Below, in pieces: positions 10,341 through 24,300 of a stretch of 64,000 bases of DNA (within the stretch, counting starts at the first letter, position 1; each line of letters begins with the position of its first letter). The notes beneath the pieces are model-generated. The model ran no database searches. It was given only the letters and a program-made list of their open reading frames with translations, and was not told the origin of the DNA. The stretch lies in the NCBI GenBank assembly GCA_950097015.1, contig CATNEN010000003.1, forward strand, positions 8,866,001 through 8,930,000. Reading direction: 5' to 3'. The position numbers and the translations under genes are program-made. This stretch comes from Macrostomum hystrix. Its lineage: Eukaryota > Animalia > Platyhelminthes.

Positions 10341-11786
10341 GGGAAACAGGTACATGTTTAATAAGGTGTTTATGTTTACTACAAATATAATAGCTTGAAT
10401 CAAATTACCAATGATATTTTCTACATATTACATAAGTAAGATAATAAAAGAATATGATAAAAGCAAATAGGCCTAACGTCAAGAAGTAAGTCTTATAGTT
10501 CGTGCCACAAATTACAACACTCTATGACTCTGCTTCTATGTATATGATCGTGTGCTAGACCGGCGGATTGAACACTGTGAACGTAATCAAATGTTTTATT
10601 TTGTTTTGTTTTATTTCTAATAAAAAGCAAGAAAAGTATGTAAAACGCCATTTTAAGCTATACTTGCTGCAGTTTATAATCTTAACTGGTGGATTCTTAA
10701 CAACATAGCACTACTTTGTTTCACCTCTTAAAAGCCGAAGAAGTTTTTATTAACTTCAAATATATTCCTTAGCTTTGAAGTAAAAATGCTATATGACAAC
10801 GTGTTTGCCATCCCAGAAACCTAAAGTCAAGGAGCCATGTAGTGCTTCTACAGTCTTACTAGAGTGGTCCTTGCAAAGTATAATACGTTGCTTCAATCAT
10901 TCGATCCTGAGCTATCCCCTGCATGATACCGCAGATATATAATATAAGATTTATACCGGAAGGAATTTGGTTTTATTTAAATGATCGCACGTTTATTATT
11001 TCTATGCTGAGATCTCTGCAATCCTATATTAAATGTTCAATTTAATTTCCATATATCCTCGTATGTACTGTCTAACATACTTTTCAAGGACTGCAAAAAG
11101 AAATACGCGGTGTATGTAGTATTTATAATGCGTTCGTTTGTCGTCCAAGCGACAAATTAAATATTGCAATGGCAAATTATTCGTGGTACATAATACGCCT
11201 ACAGACTATATGGTTCTAAACTATCGAAGTAAGAAGTCTACCATTTCGAAATACGAAATCTAGAATGACAGTCTCTATAATCCTATATCTCATGTATAAA
11301 AACTTGCAATTCACACAATCATTGTTAATTTGCCAATTTTTTTGCTGGCATATGATAACCAAATATTAAATTCAAAAAATTCAATTCAGAAAGTACGTTT
11401 TTCAAGATGCAACGTTCGTTACGGTTGTCTATTGCCACAAAATACGCTCGTAGTTTCGATCGACACAAATCGTGTATAATTGGTTTATATTTTTCGCCGC
11501 TAGCTGCAGCTGAATTATTGCTGTAGCAACAAGCATATTTAAGACCGATAAGGCATTTTGTGATGTCATGTCATAAAAACAATAAATTTCATTTTAGGTA
11601 GCATGCATGTAGTCTTTAATTAAATGACTAAAATCTAGAAAGCGATGCAGTGAAGCAATTACAATTACAAGCTAAAGTACACAGAGGGCAGATACATCAG
11701 CAGGGTCTGGACAAGTGCAAGGCGCAGCGATTTTCCTCCTCCAGTCGGAAAACAGGCGCCCAAAAATCCATAGATCCATAGACTCT

Positions 11787-11875
11787 CAGTGGGAGAGTGT
11801 ACACTACCTGACAATGAGAAAGTCAGGCCAGACGTACACACCTGCGAATCAGTGAGTGCCTGTGCCTGTGTACAC
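11787..11875 (+). mobile_element. SINE A fragment (hairpin core)
   Basis: gagagtgtacactacctgacaatgagaaagtcaggccagacgtacacacctg. Confidence 0.75.
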
Positions 11876-12162
11876 AGGTGTCCACATAGGTGCGTTTATT
11901 AGTATAACTACAGTTATTCTACAGTTGGTCCTTCATGGGATGGGTCTGGCATATTGCTACGCCACTGCATGCATGCTCATACTGTATGTAAGAAGTATTA
12001 ATAGTAATTTACTAAAATAGCTAATAGCGTTTTTATGCATACCGTAATCATCAAGCACTATTTCTTATTGATCTAAAACAAATACCACCGATTCCATCCA
12101 CACGTACACCTTTACTGAATTAATAAGCTTAGAATCATAGGCAAATCCCATACAATTAACTG

Positions 12163-12935
12163 TTAAATGACAACCTTGCCCTTCGGCACGTGAAACAGAT
12201 AGTGAATGAACAGTGTTGTCCCACCGGATGACAGCATCATTAGACAGATGAACGCGATCGATTTCCACTGTACGTACGTGTTGCTGTCGCGAATGATTAC
12301 GTAATCGCGGCGCAGGTTCGGTTTATAACGAAGACTATTCAACGCCTTGCCAATGTTTAACTCGATGCCGGATATAAATTTCTGAAATGATGCGTTTAGT
12401 CGGATAATTTATGGAGGAAATATTTCATTAAAAGCGTGTCATTAATTGCTACATTAAAAAACTTACTGCAGTCGTCTCGGATACGTTGCTAACAAAGTCG
12501 TGTTTTTCTACGGCCTCTTTTATCTCAGCATCGTAGCGAACTGGTAGATAATAAATGGCAGATATTAGAATACTCCGCTTGCTATGTGGATTGATTAGGC
12601 ACAGTTCGTATGTATCTGAAAGGAAATATTCAATTGTTTGGTGATAGAAACGGGGGTGGGTGGCAGACATTGATTTGGGACGCAGCCGCGGAGAGAAGGC
12701 TTGGGAGCTTGTCGTGAAATTTACGTGCTTCTGCCAAGGCACAGTGAGAGTGTACACTGCCTGACGATGAGAAAGTCAGGGCAGATGTACACACCTGTGT
12801 GAGTGTGTGCCTGTGTACGGTATCTGTGTGCGATTGTGCTCGGGAGTCAGCGAAACTGGCAGAATTGCCTCCTCGCTGGCTGCGGGTCTAGTGACACCAA
12901 ATGATGTGCCATTGCCCGCAGCCCTCCTGCAATTA

Positions 12936-12966
<31 letters not shown>

Positions 12967-13295
12967 AATTGATTGCACCTGTCCGATTGGGTCAGATGTG
13001 CAGCCGTCAGCACAGCTGCAGCTATTGCGCGACGTATCTGAAGGCTGCGTACGGCTGATCAGTCCATGGACTGGGGGGACGCCACACCCACCTTCAATTA
13101 TCCCAGCTAATGCTGGTACCCATTGAACAGCTGGGTGAACTGAAGCAATGCAGAGTTTAGTGTTTTGCTAATTAAAGGACACAAATTGTTCTAGTGGAGT
13201 CAGGAATCGAACCCCCGACCTTCAAGTCGTGAGTCTGACGCTCTAACCACAAGGCTACAACTTATTATTATAATTATTTATTATTATTATTATTA

Positions 13296-13333
<38 letters not shown>

Positions 13334-14523
13334 GTTTCCTGAAGAACAATGGACCTACCTGTTGCGGTGATGTTCAGCTCCATGACAACGCTAGTTTGAT
13401 CAGAATAAATGCGTTGAAAATGTGGATCACTGTTAGACAGAAGCATGTGAAACTTGTTCTCATCGGCTGCTAGCGACTGAAAGGTTTTCATTTCGAGTGT
13501 TGATGATTTCCCTTTGTTGTACGACTCACTCCGAGTTTAGAATGTTTTATTAGAAAGCAAACTAGCCTATAACATGCTTTATTTATCGTTTCGTTGCTAT
13601 AGATGAAATAAATATTCGACAACAAAATACACTCCCATTACTATTAGTAGAGTGCAGAGAATCAGAGAAAAAATAGGATTCTTTTAGATTATTTACCGCC
13701 GAGAAAAGGCTTGGAGGTTTGTGCTGCAATTTACGCCCTTGAGCGCCAACCTCGAAGGCACTGTGATCATTTGCACTGCCTGACCTGAGCGCCAAAAGCC
13801 TCAAATAATTCGTGTGATAAACAAGAATTTTTTCCCCTCTATCTCTAGTGTCTTCGCTTTCTGACCTCTGAAGTCTCTGCATAGCAACTTTTTGGGGAAG
13901 GATACTCATTCCCTGGGGAAAGAGCATGGGGGGATATTTCAAATACCCACTGCCTACTTCACGATAGCTCCCAAACCAAATGACCGATTTTCGTCAAAGT
14001 CCACTATGTGGATAATTTTTTTAGGACAATTGTTCGCCGACGAGAATCGTTGAATAGCTCGATGTTTTGTAATGCTAGAAGTTGTTTCATCGGATAGAGA
14101 GGAAAATGTTAGCGATTGGTTGAATATTTTAGGCCATGTACAAAAAAGAAAAGTGTGCAGGTATCGGAAGGTATTTATTGTGTCAATAAATCAGTAAATA
14201 GTACATACGGCAGCGTACGCAGTGAAGTGATAGCCATCCATCAGTACAAAGTAATAGCACTCGTGCTGTCCAGCCAGCATCTCCATCTTGAGCGACACGT
14301 GTCGCATACCATAGACAGTGTCAAACAGGTGCAAATTGCCTTCGTAATGTGTCTCGGGTCGGCTTGAGTTGACCAGAATCTTCGGATTAAATGGATCTTT
14401 AGGATTACGTTCAACAATCACTTGATTGATTGAATTCGCATTGTTAGGCGAAGTGATTAATAAGAATAGAACAAGCTTTAGAACCACTTTTAAAAGGTCT
14501 ATGAAGACTATTTTGGTTGACAT
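12163..14523 (-). CDS. p24/TMED-family GOLD-domain protein (gamma-like); exons 14523-14209, 13476-13359, 12615-12467, 12381-12163; 266 aa
   Basis: Signal-like N terminus; GOLD cysteines (LAGQHECYY...TDTYELCLIN); coiled region; RRDY...DSNTYVQWKS; TM segment; tail YLFHVPKGKVVI*. All three introns are GT-AG with consistent phases (0, 1, 0). Confidence 0.85.
12652..12936 (+). mobile_element. SINE A copy (tRNA head internally deleted) in p24 intron 2; (ATT)n tail resumes at 13262-13333
   Basis: Close match to the reverse complement of 2228-2588. Confidence 0.88.
12937..13261 (-). mobile_element. Full-length SINE B inserted in the tail of SINE A
   Basis: Minus strand: tagccttgtggttag (A box), ggttcgattcc (B box), CORE-like ttgcttcagttcacccagctgttcaatgggtacc, 3' stem-loop, (ATT)n tail. 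Confidence 0.88.
13695..13786 (+). mobile_element. SINE A central fragment in p24 intron 1
   Basis: aaggcttgga...tgcaatttacgccctt...gccaacctc.aaggcac...cactgcctgac. Confidence 0.7.
13933..14070 (-). mobile_element. Dispersed repeat family C fragment
   Basis: Reverse complement aligns to 2000-2090 and 39510-39556. Confidence 0.6.
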
Positions 14524-15689
14524 TTTCTCGTAAAATAATTAGTATTCCGTTAGAGCTTAGCAAAATGCTTATAGAAAAACGCAAACTTAACGTATTTATA
14601 AACTTAACATAAACGATCATGTGCACATGCAGCTATAAAATGTCAATTAAAAACGTGGCTAAAGCTGCACCAGGTGACGCATTTTCCACGCTAATCATTT
14701 CTCAGTCAGTGCATTCACGCAGGAGCTATTATAGCAATCGAAATGACACACAAGCAATCGTGAGGCTGTCTCTAAACTAGCAAGTTATTGAAATATATCC
14801 TGTTGTTAAGAAAAAATGTTTTAACATTAAAGTCGATAAAAAACTAGGCAGCTTAGAAAACATCTTCGACTAAAACGGTCTCGCTTTTTAGTCACGTGCT
14901 TGAGTTTTTAATGTGAGATTCCCCAGCAAACACTACTAAAAGTACCTACTACGAGTTGGATGGATTATTTTGATGGGCAAAAAATCGACCGTCAAAATTT
15001 TATTGGCTAAGGGCTTAGTCACGTGCTTGTGGTTGGGGTACTGAAAAGGGTTTCCGTATGTGCTGTTCTAAAAATAGCAACAACTTTCTATGCATATTTG
15101 TAATGGCTAGCTAACAAATTTCGATCATCGAAATTTCATTGGCTTGGCCAATGTTTTTCTAAAATACAATTTTCTTAACTCCTAAAATTTCTAGCTCGTA
15201 AATAGCAGCAAAGCGAGAAAGAAATAGTTTTTTATAACATATTACGGTGTCTTATCGAGTCCAACAATTAATACAAAAATGTATCCTTTCACTCCTTTCC
15301 AAATCGAGTGATTTATTCTAATAAGTCAAGACGAGAGTTGCACACAATTTGTCTGCGTGTCGGATTCAGCTATATGAGTAAAGCTAGCAGCAGCGTCCAA
15401 GGAGTAAGCTTAGGGAGAGTAATTGTTGTGGGGAGCTAATCTGCAGCATTAGGCTTGTACTCCGCAGGGGGTTCTTGGCAGATTGGCTACAAGTTGCAAA
15501 TAGGCTCTATGGATTAATTTAATCGCATAGTGTAACACATCTCTCGTATACGAGCGTAGTTCATGATTGTTTTTGTCATAAAACTCACTCCCAACACATG
15601 TACTGTACTGTACTGTACTGTACTCGTATGTAGCCCATACGAGTTGCTGAAATTTGAGCCATTTTATTCGTTGATATGTTTCTCCTTCG

Positions 15690-16310
15690 AAACACTTTCT
15701 TCAGTTGTTTATTTAGCTGTTTCTTCGGCTGTTTCTTAAGCTGTCTTAAGCTGTCTCATCGGTTGTTTCTTCGGCTGTTTCTTCGGCTGCTTCTTTGGCA
15801 GTTTTTTAGGCAGTTTCTTAGGCAGTTTCTTTAGCTGTTTCTTTAGCTGTTTCTTTAGCTGTTTCTTTGGCAGTTTTTTCGGCAGTTTATTTCGTATTTT
15901 TTCTGTTTCTTCGGCTGTTTCTTTGGCTGCTTCTTAAGCTGTTTCTTCGGCTGTTTCTTCGGCTGTTTCTTCTGCTGTTTCTTCGACTGTTTCTTCAGCT
16001 TCTTCTTAAGCTGTTTCTTCGGCTGTTTCTTCGGCTGTTTCGTAAGCAGTTTCTTCGGCTGTTTCTTTAGCTTCTTCTTAAGCTGTTTTTTCGGCAGTTT
16101 ATTCGGCTGCTTCTTAAGCTGTTTCTTTAGCTGTCACATCGGCTGTTTCTTCGGCTGTTTCTTAAGCTGCTTCTTTGGCCGCTTCTTTACTTGTTACAAT
16201 AGCTGTTTTTTGGCTGTTCTTAAACTGTTGTTTTTAGCTGTTTCTTAAGCAGTTTTTTAGCAGTTACTTTAGCTGTTTCCTTGGCTGCTTCTTTAGCTGT
16301 TTTTATGAGG
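15690..16310. repeat. 12-bp minisatellite (ctgtttcttcgg variants), block 1
   Basis: Tandem units; the minus strand translates as interrupted KKQP/AEET repeats. Confidence 0.85.
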
Positions 16311-17309
16311 CTTCTTTGAAATAGTTAGACAGTTTTTTCTTCGGCAGTTTTGTGGTTCCCAGTTTCTCAGTTAATTATCGCTTCGTTAAAAGTACGCGAT
16401 CAGTCACTTGAAATCTAAAAATAGCAGCCAATCAAAAATCAAATAGACCATAAAAGTTTTATGGCTTATTGAAACAATGCATTTTTACCATAATTTAATG
16501 TAATTAAATTTGAATGATAGAATAGATTTAAATTAAGTAACTTAAAACAAAAAGATCTCCAAGAGGACAAGTTTTATCGCGGGAAATTAAGCCGCTGCCA
16601 TAGGGGCCATTATAGCAGAGAAAAGATGTGAAATATTGGGAATGGGTGAGATGCAGGGATGGACGAATGGGAAAAATTTAACAGCCAATACAGGCGGTCG
16701 GTATAGATATCCTATGGCAAGAGAGAGACAGAGAGAAAGGGGATAAGAGGCGGCCTGAAGATATGCAGGCATTTTTGCAAGCCTAGAAGCAGAAGCAGTG
16801 TTCCAGCAGTCCGCATCAGCAGCAGGTTTGAGCAGAAAAAGCAGCAAAAGGTCCTTTCACCTGACGACATCCTCTCTCACCCCCAATTCCTGCTTCACCT
16901 CCCGAATCAGCCCCTGAAAACGTCCGCAATAATCCCAACCTCCTCCCCCACAGATCCCATTTCCTAAAGTATAGCTGAGCAGGTTTTAGAAGTGGGCAAA
17001 TCTTGACAACCACCCCCACCCCAGCCTCTCAGGTTCGCTCCACCCTCCTCATCGGCGCGGCACTCAAGATAATTGTTGCTGCAAGTTCGGAGCCGAAGCA
17101 GAAGGCTTGTCAGAGGAGCGATCAGAAATTATTTCAGTAAATCCGGCTCCGGCTCAGCTCAGGCCCACTTGACACGAAGCAATCAGGAGAAAAAGATACG
17201 CGATAATTTCTGATGATACGAAGCATAAACCTTCGATAGCTTCTTCTGTCAGGTGAGACTTTTTCCGTGATAGCTTTTCTGACGAAGATTTTAGGTTTTC
17301 TCTTCAAAT

Positions 17310-17800
17310 TTTTCGGCTGTTTCTTCGGCTGTTTCTTCGGCAGTTTCTTCGGAAGTTTCCTCGGCCGTTTCATTAGCTGTTTCTTAAGCTGTTGCTTCGT
17401 TTTTTTCTTGGACTGTTTCTTCGGCTGTTTATTCGGCTATTTCCTCAGCTGTTTCTTTAGCTGTTTCTTCGGCAGTTTCTTCGGAAGTTTCCTCGGCAGT
17501 TTCATTAGCTGTTTCTTCGTTTTTTTCTTGGACTGTTTCTTCACAGCTGTTTTTTTTGCTGTTCCTTTGGCTGTTTCTTGGACTGTTTCTTCGGCTGTTT
17601 ATTCGGCTATTTTCTCAGCTGTTTCTTTAGCTGTTTCTTCGGCTGTTTCTTCGGCTGTTTCCTCGGCAGTTTCTTCGGCTATTTCCTCAGCTGTCTCTTC
17701 GGCTGTTTCTTCGGATGTTTCTTCAGCTGTTTCTTCTGATGTTTCTTCAGCTGTTTCTTCTGAGGTTTCTTCAGCTGTTTCTTTGTCTGTTTCTTTCGGC
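17310..17800. repeat. 12-bp minisatellite (ctgtttcttcgg variants), block 2
   Basis: Same unit and orientation as 15690-16310. Confidence 0.85.
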
Positions 17801-18329
17801 AGCATTTTCAGCAGTATTTTTAGCAGTATTGCAATATGGGCAGCTATTAGTTTTGTTTTGTTTCTAGTGTATATTTGGCCATTATGTATTGTAAGGACAA
17901 ATTAAATTCTGTAGATATTAGTTTGTCAATAGCTGAGAAGCAAAGTCGTCTTGTACATCTCGGGTATGAAGATCGTTCGTTAAAAGTTCATATCAATAAA
18001 TCCTTCCTTTGATATTGCGCACACAAAGTCATCGCTATTTGGTTACAAGGAGTTAAATCGAGGTCAAAGCAATGTAACAGCGGGAAAAGGTAAAATTAGA
18101 TGGCTAAACATACTAGTGGACAGGGATTGAGTAATTATAGCCTTATCGATTATCAGCGACAAGGATTTGAAAGCTGGGGGGCTGGGTTGTCGCTTATAAA
18201 ACTTGGGTATTCGGATCGAAGCACTCTTAGAAGCATAGAAGCATATACCGCAGACTACTTAGGTATATAAACCACGAATGAGCAGTCAGTAGCGTGAGCT
18301 TATTTTGTTCTGATACAATTTGCGCCCAT

Positions 18330-21300
18330 GAGCTCATAGAGAAGACACAGCTCACATTCAGTAGCTCAGAGAGAAGACACAGCTCACATTCAGTAGCTCA
18401 GAGAGAAGACACAGCTCACATTCAGTAGCTCAGAGAGAAGACACAGCTCACAATCAGTAGCTCAGAGAGAAGACACAGCTCACAATCAGTAGCTCAGAGA
18501 GAAGACACAGCTCACATTCAGTAGCTCAGAGAGAAGACACAGCTACAATCAGTAGCTCAGAGAGAAGACACAGCTCACAATCAGTAGCTCATAGACAAGA
18601 CACAGCTCACATTCAGTAGCTCAGAGAGAAGACACAGCTCACATTCAGTAGCTCTGTGAGAAGACACAGCTCACATTCAGTAGCTCATAGAGAAGACACA
18701 GCTCACATTCAGTAGCTCAGAGAGAAGACACAGCTCACATTCAGTAGCTCATAGAGAAGACACAGCTCACATTCAGTAGCTCAGAGAAGACACAGCTCAC
18801 ATTCAGTAGCTCATAGAGAAGACACAGCTCACATTCAGTAGCTCAGAGAAGACACAGCTCACATTCAGTAGCTCTGTGAGAAGACACAGCTCACATTCAG
18901 TAGCTCAGAGAGTAGACACAGCTCACAATTAGTAGCTCAGAGAGGACACAGCTCACATTCAGTAGCTCAGAGAGGACACAGCTCACATTCAGTAGCTCTG
19001 TGAGAAGACACAGCTCACATTCAGTAGCTCAGAGAGAAGACACAGCTCACATTCAGTAGCTCTGTGAGAAGACACAGCTCACATTCATTCAGTTTAGAAG
19101 ACACAGCTCACATTCATTCAGTTGAGAAGACACAGCTCACATTCAGTAGCTCTGTGAGAAGACACAGCTCACATTCATTCAGTTTAGAAGACACAGCTGA
19201 CATTCATTCAGTTTAGAAGACACAGCTCACATTCATTCAGTTTAGAAGACACAGCTGACATTCATTCAGTTTAGAAGACACAGCTCACATTCATTCAGTT
19301 TAGAAGACACAGCTCACATTCATTCAGTTTAGAAGACACAGCTGACATTCATTCAGTTTAGAAGACACAGCTCACATTCATTCAGTTTAGAAGACACAGC
19401 TGACATTCATTCAGTTTAGAAGACACAGCTCACATTCATTCAGTTTAGAAGACACAGCTCACATTCATTCAGTTTAGAAGACACAGCTCACATTCATTCA
19501 GTTTAGAAGACACAGCTGACATTCATTCAGTTTAGAAGACACAGCTCACATTCATTCAGTTTAGAAGACACAGCTGACATTCATTCAGTTTAGAAGACAC
19601 AGCTCACATTCATTCAGTTTAGAAGACACAGCTCGCATTCATTCAGTTTAGAAGACACAGCTGACATTCATTCAGTTTAGAAGACACAGCTGACATTCAT
19701 TCAGTTTAGAAGACACAGCTCACATTCATTCAGTTTAGAAGACACAGCTCACATTCATTCAGTTTAGAAGACACAGCTCACATTCATTCAGTTTAGAAGA
19801 CACAGCTCACATTCATTCAGTTTAGAAGACACAGCTGACATTCATTCAGTTTAGAAGACACAGCTCACATTCATTCAGTTTAGAAGACACAGCTCGCATT
19901 CATTCAGTTTAGAAGACACAGCTGACATTCATTCAGTTTAGAAGACACAGCTCACATTCATTCAGTTTAGAAGACACAGCTCACATTCATTCAGTTTAGA
20001 AGACACAGCTCGCATTCATTCAGTTTAGAAGACACAGCTGACATTCATTCAGTTTAGAAGACACAGCTCACATTCATTCAGTTTAGAAGACACAGCTCAC
20101 ATTCATTCAGTTTAGAAGACACAGCTCACATTCATTCAGTTTAGAAGACACAGCTCACATTCATTCAGTTTAGAAGACACAGCTCACATTCATTCAGTTT
20201 AGAAGACACAGCTCACATTCATTCAGTTTAGAAGACACAGCTGACATTCATTCAGTTTAGAAGACACAGCTCACATTCATTCAGTTTAGTAGACACAGCT
20301 CACATTCATTCAGTTTAGAAGACACAGCTGACATTCATTCAGTTTAGAAGACACAGCTCACATTCATTCAGTTTAGAAGACACAGCTGACATTCATTCAG
20401 TTTAGAAGACACAGCTCACATTCATTCAGTTTAGAAGACACAGCTCACATTCATTCAGTTTAGAAGACACAGCTCACATTCATTCAGTTTAGAAGACACA
20501 GCTCACATTCATTCAGTTTAGAAGACACAGCTGACATTCATTCAGTTTAGAAGACACAGCTCACATTCATTCAGTTTAGAAGACACAGCTCACATTCATT
20601 CAGTTTAGAAGACACAGCTCACATTCATTCAGTTTAGAAGACACAGCTCACATTCATTCAGTTTAGAAGACACAGCTCACATTCATTCAGTTTAGAAGAC
20701 ACAGCTGACATTCATTCAGTTTAGAAGACACAGCTCACATTCATTCAGTTTAGTAGACACAGCTCACATTCATTCAGTTTAGAAGACACAGCTGACATTC
20801 ATTCAGTTTAGAAGACACAGCTCACATTCATTCAGTTTAGAAGACACAGCTGACATTCATTCAGTTTAGAAGACACAGCTCACATTCATTCAGTTTAGAA
20901 GACACAGCTCACATTCATTCAGTTTAGAAGACACAGCTCACATTCATTCAGTTTAGAAGACACAGCTCACATTCATTCAGTTTAGAAGACACAGCTCACA
21001 TTCATTCAGTTTAGAAGACACAGCTCACATTCATTCAGTTTAGAAGACACAGCTGACATTCATTCAGTTTAGAAGACACAGCTCACATTCATTCAGTTTA
21101 GAAGACACAGCTGACATTCATTCAGTTTAGAAGACACAGCTCACATTCATTCAGTTTAGAAGACACAGCTCGCATTCATTCAGTTTAGAAGACACAGCTG
21201 ACATTCATTCAGTTTAGAAGACACAGCTCACATTCATTCAGTTTAGAAGACACAGCTGACATTCATTCAGTTTAGAAGACACAGCTCACATTCATTCAGT

Positions 21301-24300
21301 TTAGAAGACACAGCTCACATTCATTCAGTTTAGAAGACACAGCTCACATTCATTCAGTTTAGAAGACACAGCTCACATTCATTCAGTTTAGAAGACACAG
21401 CTCACATTCATTCAGTTTAGAAGACACAGCTCACATTCATTCAGTTTAGAAGACACAGCTCACATTCATTCAGTTTAGAAGACACAGCTCACATTCATTC
21501 AGTTTAGAAGACACAGCTCGCATTCATTCAGTTTAGAAGACACAGCTCACATTCATTCAGTTTAGAAGACACAGCTCACATTCATTCAGTTTAGAAGACA
21601 CAGCTCACATTCATTCAGTTTAGAAGACACAGCTCACATTCATTCAGTTTAGAAGACACAGCTCACATTCATTCAGTTTAGAAGACACAGCTCACATTCA
21701 TTCAGTTTAGAAGACACAGCTCACATTCATTCAGTTTAGAAGACACAGCTCACATTCATTCAGTTTAGAAGACACAGCTCACATTCATTCAGTTTAGAAG
21801 ACACAGCTCACATTCATTCAGTTTAGAAGACACAGCTCACATTCATTCAGTTTAGAAGACACAGCTCACATTCATTCAGTTTAGAAGACACAGCTCACAT
21901 TCATTCAGTTGAGAAGACACAGCTCACATTCATTCAGTTTAGAAGACACAGCTCACATTCATTCAGTTTAGAAGACACAGCTCACATTCATTCAGTTTAG
22001 AAGACACAGCTCACATTCAGTAGCTCAGAGAGAAGACACAGCTCACATTCAGTAGCTCTGTGAGAAGACACAGCTCACATTCATTCAGTTTAGAAGACAC
22101 AGCTCACATTCATTCAGTTGAGAAGACACAGCTCACATTCAGTAGCTCTGTGAGAAGACACAGCTCACATTCATTCAGTTTAGAAGACACAGCTGACATT
22201 CATTCAGTTTAGAAGACACAGCTCACATTCATTCAGTTTAGAAGACACAGCTGACATTCATTCAGCTTAGAAGACACAGCTCACATTCATTCAGTTTAGA
22301 AGACACAGCTCACATTCATTCAGTTTAGAAGACACAGCTGACATTCATTCAGTTTAGAAGACACAGCTGACATTCATTCAGTTTAGAAGACACAGCTGAC
22401 ATTCATTCAGTTTAGAAGACACAGCTGACATTCATTCAGCTTAGAAGACACAGCTCACATTCATTCAGTTTAGAAGACACAGCTCACATTCATTCAGTTT
22501 AGAAGACACAGCTGACATTCATTCAGTTTAGAAGACACAGCTCACATTCATTCAGTTTAGAAGACACAGCTCACATTCATTCAGTTTAGAAGACACAGCT
22601 CACATTCATTCAGTTTAGAAGACACAGCTGACATTCATTCAGTTTAGAAGACACAGCTCACATTCATTCAGTTTAGAAGACACAGCTGACATTCATTCAG
22701 TTTAGAAGACACAGCTCACATTCATTCAGTTTAGAAGACACAGCTCGCATTCATTCAGTTTAGAAGACACAGCTGACATTCATTCAGTTTAGAAGACACA
22801 GCTGACATTCATTCAGTTTAGAAGACACAGCTCAAATTCATTCAGTTTAGAAGACACAGCTGACATTCATTCAGTTTAGAAGACACAGCTCACATTCATT
22901 CAGTTTAGAAGACACAGCTCGCATTCATTCAGTTTAGAAGACACAGCTGACATTCATTCAGTTTAGAAGACACAGCTCACATTCATTCAGTTTAGAAGAC
23001 ACAGCTCACATTCATTCAGTTTAGAAGACACAGCTCGCATTCATTCAGTTTAGAAGACACAGCTGACATTCATTCAGTTTAGAAGACACAGCTCACATTC
23101 ATTCAGTTTAGAAGACACAGCTCACATTCATTCAGTTTAGAAGACACAGCTCACATTCATTCAGTTTAGAAGACACAGCTCACATTCATTCAGTTTAGAA
23201 GACACAGCTGACATTCATTCAGTTTAGAAGACACAGCTCACATTCATTCAGTTTAGTAGACACAGCTCACATTCATTCAGTTTAGAAGACACAGCTGACA
23301 TTCATTCAGTTTAGAAGACACAGCTCACATTCATTCAGTTTAGAAGACACAGCTGACATTCATTCAGTTTAGAAGACACAGCTCACATTCATTCAGTTTA
23401 GAAGACACAGCTCACATTCATTCAGTTTAGAAGACACAGCTCACATTCATTCAGTTTAGAAGACACAGCTCACATTCATTCAGTTTAGAAGACACAGCTC
23501 ACATTCATTCAGTTTAGAAGACACAGCTCACATTCATTCAGTTTAGAAGACACAGCTGACATTCATTCAGTTTAGAAGACACAGCTCACATTCATTCAGT
23601 TTAGAAGACACAGCTGACATTCATTCAGTTTAGAAGACACAGCTCACATTCATTCAGTTTAGAAGACACAGCTCGCATTCATTCAGTTTAGAAGACACAG
23701 CTGACATTCATTCAGTTTAGAAGACACAGCTCACATTCATTCAGTTTAGAAGACACAGCTGACATTCATTCAGTTTAGAAGACACAGCTCACATTCATTC
23801 AGTTTAGAAGACACAGCTCACATTCATTCAGTTTAGAAGACACAGCTCACATTCATTCAGTTTAGAAGACACAGCTCACATTCATTGAGTTTAGAAGACA
23901 CAGCTCACATTCATTCAGTTTAGAAGACACAGCTCACATTCATTCAGTTTAGAAGACACAGCTCACATTCATTCAGTTTAGAAGACACAGCTCACATTCA
24001 TTCAGTTTAGAAGACACAGCTCACATTCATTCAGTTTAGAAGACACAGCTCACATTCATTCAGTTTAGAAGACACAGCTCACATTCATTCAGTTTAGAAG
24101 ACACAGCTCGCATTCATTCAGTTTAGAAGACACAGCTCACATTCATTCAGTTTAGAAGACACAGCTCACATTCATTCAGTTTAGAAGACACAGCTGACAT
24201 TCATTCAGTTTAGAAGACACAGCTCACATTCATTCAGTTTAGAAGACACAGCTCACATTCATTCAGTTTAGAAGACACAGCTCACATTCATTCAGTTTAG

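Noticed and set aside
9974-10390. Host coiled-coil protein gene
   Set aside because: Non-ATG start; it is the frameshifted 3' part of the gypsy gag remnant.
13477-13567. In-frame TAA in an extended p24 exon 2, suggesting stop-codon reassignment
   Set aside because: A better acceptor (ctttcag| at 13477) excludes the stop, and TAA serves as a normal terminator in MRPL47 and p24.
17134-17373. Histone H2B/H1-like gene
   Set aside because: The similarity is compositional only; there is no complete histone fold, and it is 10 kb from the stem-loop.
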